From assembly GCA_002724555.1 (NCBI GenBank), contig PBOZ01000030.1, positions 7,799-71,798 of the forward strand: a stretch of 64,000 nucleotides of DNA. The letters are read 5' to 3'. Made by a program: the position numbers and the translations under genes. Of this stretch, positions 61,798 to 64,000 are shown one piece after another. This stretch comes from Rickettsiales bacterium. Lineage in GTDB: Bacteria; Pseudomonadota; Alphaproteobacteria; UBA8366. The notes under the pieces are model-generated. The model had not been told where the DNA came from. It saw nothing but the letters and a program-made list of their open reading frames with translations, and did not search any database. The number at the start of each line of letters is the position of its first letter. Within the stretch, counting starts at the first letter, position 1.

Positions 61798-62823
61798 TCA
61801 AAGCGACAAGCGGACCGCTTCGGCACCCGCAACCAAGGCATGCATTTTCTGACGTGCCAGATAACGCGGCAATGCCGAGAACCCGCAATCACCGGTAACT
61901 GAAAGTTTTTCTGCCGGCACAAATTCCAAGCAACGCCGAATGCGGGTAGCTACTTCCTCCGCGCTTTCCAGGTAAAAATTCTTCACGTCAATCACACCGG
62001 CCGCAATTTCAAATCTTTTGGATAACGGACCGAGCAACTCCACATCTGCCATCTGGCGGTTTGCAAACTCCAGGACGAGCTGATCACATTCGAGTGACGT
62101 CATCGCATCCATAAGCCGGCCAAACCCTCGGTCGGCAAATGGTCTACCCGCATTATTGCCAAAACATACATGCACCGCATACTTGCCACCGAACCCATCC
62201 GCCACTCGGTTAATGAGGTCGGCGGCCTCGGCATGGCTATATCCAAGCGGCGGGTGTGGGAGCGCCGGTTCATCCAGCTGAACATAATCAGCACCGGCCT
62301 CAGCAAGCGCCAAAACTTCGCCACGCACCATTTCTACAATCTCGTCGAGGACATCGTCACGATTGCGATCGCCCAACTCCATTGGCATTGCAAAGGTAAG
62401 TGGCCCCGGCATGGCAACTTTTAGGAGCCGATTGGGCGCTAAAGCCTTTAGGGCAAGAAAGTCCTCTACGACACCGAAACCGTCCGGCGCTTCAACCCGT
62501 CCAATCACTTCAAAGCGCGGCGCCATATCATAACCCGGAACACCAATTTTGCGGCCAGGCACGATTCGGGATAATCCAGTAACGCGATCGAACATCTCAT
62601 AGACAAAGCGCTGTCGACGAAGCTCGCCATCGCTAAGAATATCGACACCCGCCTCCATCTGGTCCAAAACAGCGATCCGCGTGGCGTCATCCAAAGCCTC
62701 CTGGATGTCTGCTTCCCCTACTGATCCATCCCGAATTTTTTTCTGGAACGCGATAAACCAGCCCGGCGCGGCATAGCTGCCAACACCCATAGCAGGTAAT
62801 AGTGGTGTCTTTTCCAACGCCAT
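61798..62823 (-). CDS. Cobalamin-independent methionine synthase II family (core MetE-like) protein
   Basis: SDGE.RR, QLDEP, HVCFGN, LEFAN and DCGF Zn-ligand motifs; single domain. Confidence 0.87.
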   Translation of the reverse strand: MALEKTPLLPAMGVGSYAAPGWFIAFQKKIRDGSVGEADIQEALDDATRIAVLDQMEAGVDILSDGELRRQRFVYEMFDRVTGLSRIVPGRKIGVPGYDMAPRFEVIGRVEAPDGFGVVEDFLALKALAPNRLLKVAMPGPLTFAMPMELGDRNRDDVLDEIVEMVRGEVLALAEAGADYVQLDEPALPHPPLGYSHAEAADLINRVADGFGGKYAVHVCFGNNAGRPFADRGFGRLMDAMTSLECDQLVLEFANRQMADVELLGPLSKRFEIAAGVIDVKNFYLESAEEVATRIRRCLEFVPAEKLSVTGDCGFSALPRYLARQKMHALVAGAEAVRLSL

Positions 62824-62836
62824 ATTTATTGTTGTC

Positions 62837-63880
62837 CTAAAGAAATTTAGGCATGACCTTTTCCGTAAACGTAACAAAGGAACCATGACTCAGAGGGGCG
62901 ACCATCAAGTATTCAAGCGGCACGGTCTCTTCCAACTCTTGCAGCTTATCGACCACTTTTATCGGGTCACCGCAGATCGCGACTTCGTCAACATATTTGG
63001 CGACCGGATCCCCGCCTTCTCGGATAGTTTTGTTGAGCGCGTCCATCTGCATAGTCTTCTCTCCACCTGCGTCTTTACCATAAATATTTTCCTTCTTGCG
63101 CAGATAGGAGCCAAACATGAATTCAGCACCGCGACGGCCCACCTCTGTAGCCTCGCTGGAGGTCTCCGCCATCGCCAAAGTCCGCGCCATTGGAATATCG
63201 TGCCCATTGGTCGGATGCCCACTAGCAGACAGTTTATTCCGATAATAGCTCCGTTTTCCTGCCAACTCCTCAAAAGTTGCATGCGGATCCATCATGATCG
63301 AGTAACCCTCTTCACCTGCCCAATCGAGCGCGTTTTCAGACGACGCCGCCACCCATACTGGCATCGGTTTCTGACGCGGCTTAGGGAGAACCTCAACATC
63401 TTGGAAATTCCAAAATTGTCCCTCGTAGCTAAATTTATCGTTTTGCCAAGCCGTAAGAACGATATCAACGGCCTCGCGAAACCTAGGATAACTCTCACTC
63501 GGCTCAACCCCAAAGATACGGTGTTCGGTCGGATCGAACCCGCGACCAGCACCCCAATTCACGCGTCCGTTTGATAATTGATCCAGCAGCGCCACTTCTT
63601 CAGCAAGGCGCAGCGGATGATAGAATGACGCAAGCGAGACCGCCGTTCCGATTCGAATATTCTTTGTATGAGCAGCGATATGCGTACCCATCATGTGCAC
63701 AGACGGGCAAACGCTGTAGGTGCTGAAATGATGCTCCGCGAGCCAGACCGCGTCGTAGCCACACTCGTCCATCATACGGATACGATCAAAGGCTCGGTCG
63801 TAAACTACTTCCAGAGGGTTCCGCCGACCGGGCCAGCTAAAGAATTGTAAAACGCCAAACTTCACTGTCTTTTCCTTCAA
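62837..63880 (-). CDS. LLM-class flavin-dependent oxidoreductase
   Basis: WLAEHHF, HPLRLAEE.A.LD and PKPRQKP motifs. Confidence 0.9.
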   Translation of the reverse strand: MKEKTVKFGVLQFFSWPGRRNPLEVVYDRAFDRIRMMDECGYDAVWLAEHHFSTYSVCPSVHMMGTHIAAHTKNIRIGTAVSLASFYHPLRLAEEVALLDQLSNGRVNWGAGRGFDPTEHRIFGVEPSESYPRFREAVDIVLTAWQNDKFSYEGQFWNFQDVEVLPKPRQKPMPVWVAASSENALDWAGEEGYSIMMDPHATFEELAGKRSYYRNKLSASGHPTNGHDIPMARTLAMAETSSEATEVGRRGAEFMFGSYLRKKENIYGKDAGGEKTMQMDALNKTIREGGDPVAKYVDEVAICGDPIKVVDKLQELEETVPLEYLMVAPLSHGSFVTFTEKVMPKFL

Positions 63881-63892
63881 TCTAATTTTGGC

Positions 63893-64000
63893 TCAGGCGT
63901 AGCCAAACTCTATTTCCATATCACCGATCGCGCCATCTAGAATTTCAATGATACGGTCCACTTCATCCTCACTGATGCAAAGGGGAGGGGAAAGAGAAAT
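63893..64000 (-). CDS. C-terminal fragment of a probable class III PLP aminotransferase (truncated by the window)
   Basis: Reverse strand reads ISLSPPLCISEDEVDRIIEILDGAIGDMEIEFGYA-stop. Confidence 0.65.
   Translation of the reverse strand: MSLSPPLCISEDEVDRIIEILDGAIGDMEIEFGYA

Overview
Bacterial chromosomal segment, most consistent with a free-living, probably marine alphaproteobacterium (Rhodospirillales-like MreB, CspA, IF-1 and RhlE; this is inferred from protein style, not from a search). It starts with the 3' part of a plant-type ketol-acid reductoisomerase (ilvC) and the mreBCD-mrdA-rodA cell-shape operon. The remaining ~56 kb is densely packed small-molecule catabolism and detoxification genes: CoA enzymes, LLM/F420-type oxidoreductases, ThDP enzymes, GSTs, 2OG-Fe(II) oxygenases, DUF917 plus a hydantoinase, tandem Lin0512 proteins, aconitase X, gap-arsJ and a DMSP-lyase-like cupin. 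No rRNA, CRISPR array, integrase or intact transposase was seen. The main finding is that ORFs 8021..8542 and 8561..9322 are one reading frame interrupted by a single in-frame TGA (8540-8542). That TGA sits in a U-P-A-C motif at the PrdB/GrdB selenocysteine position and is followed by a SECIS-like hairpin. This implies a stand-alone ~413-aa selenoprotein with an extra C-terminal domain and no prd/grd partner genes in the window. About 180 bp upstream is a full-length degenerate tRNA-Lys-like element that keeps its acceptor and T arms and has gained a new 9-bp hairpin. All family calls come from motif recognition only.
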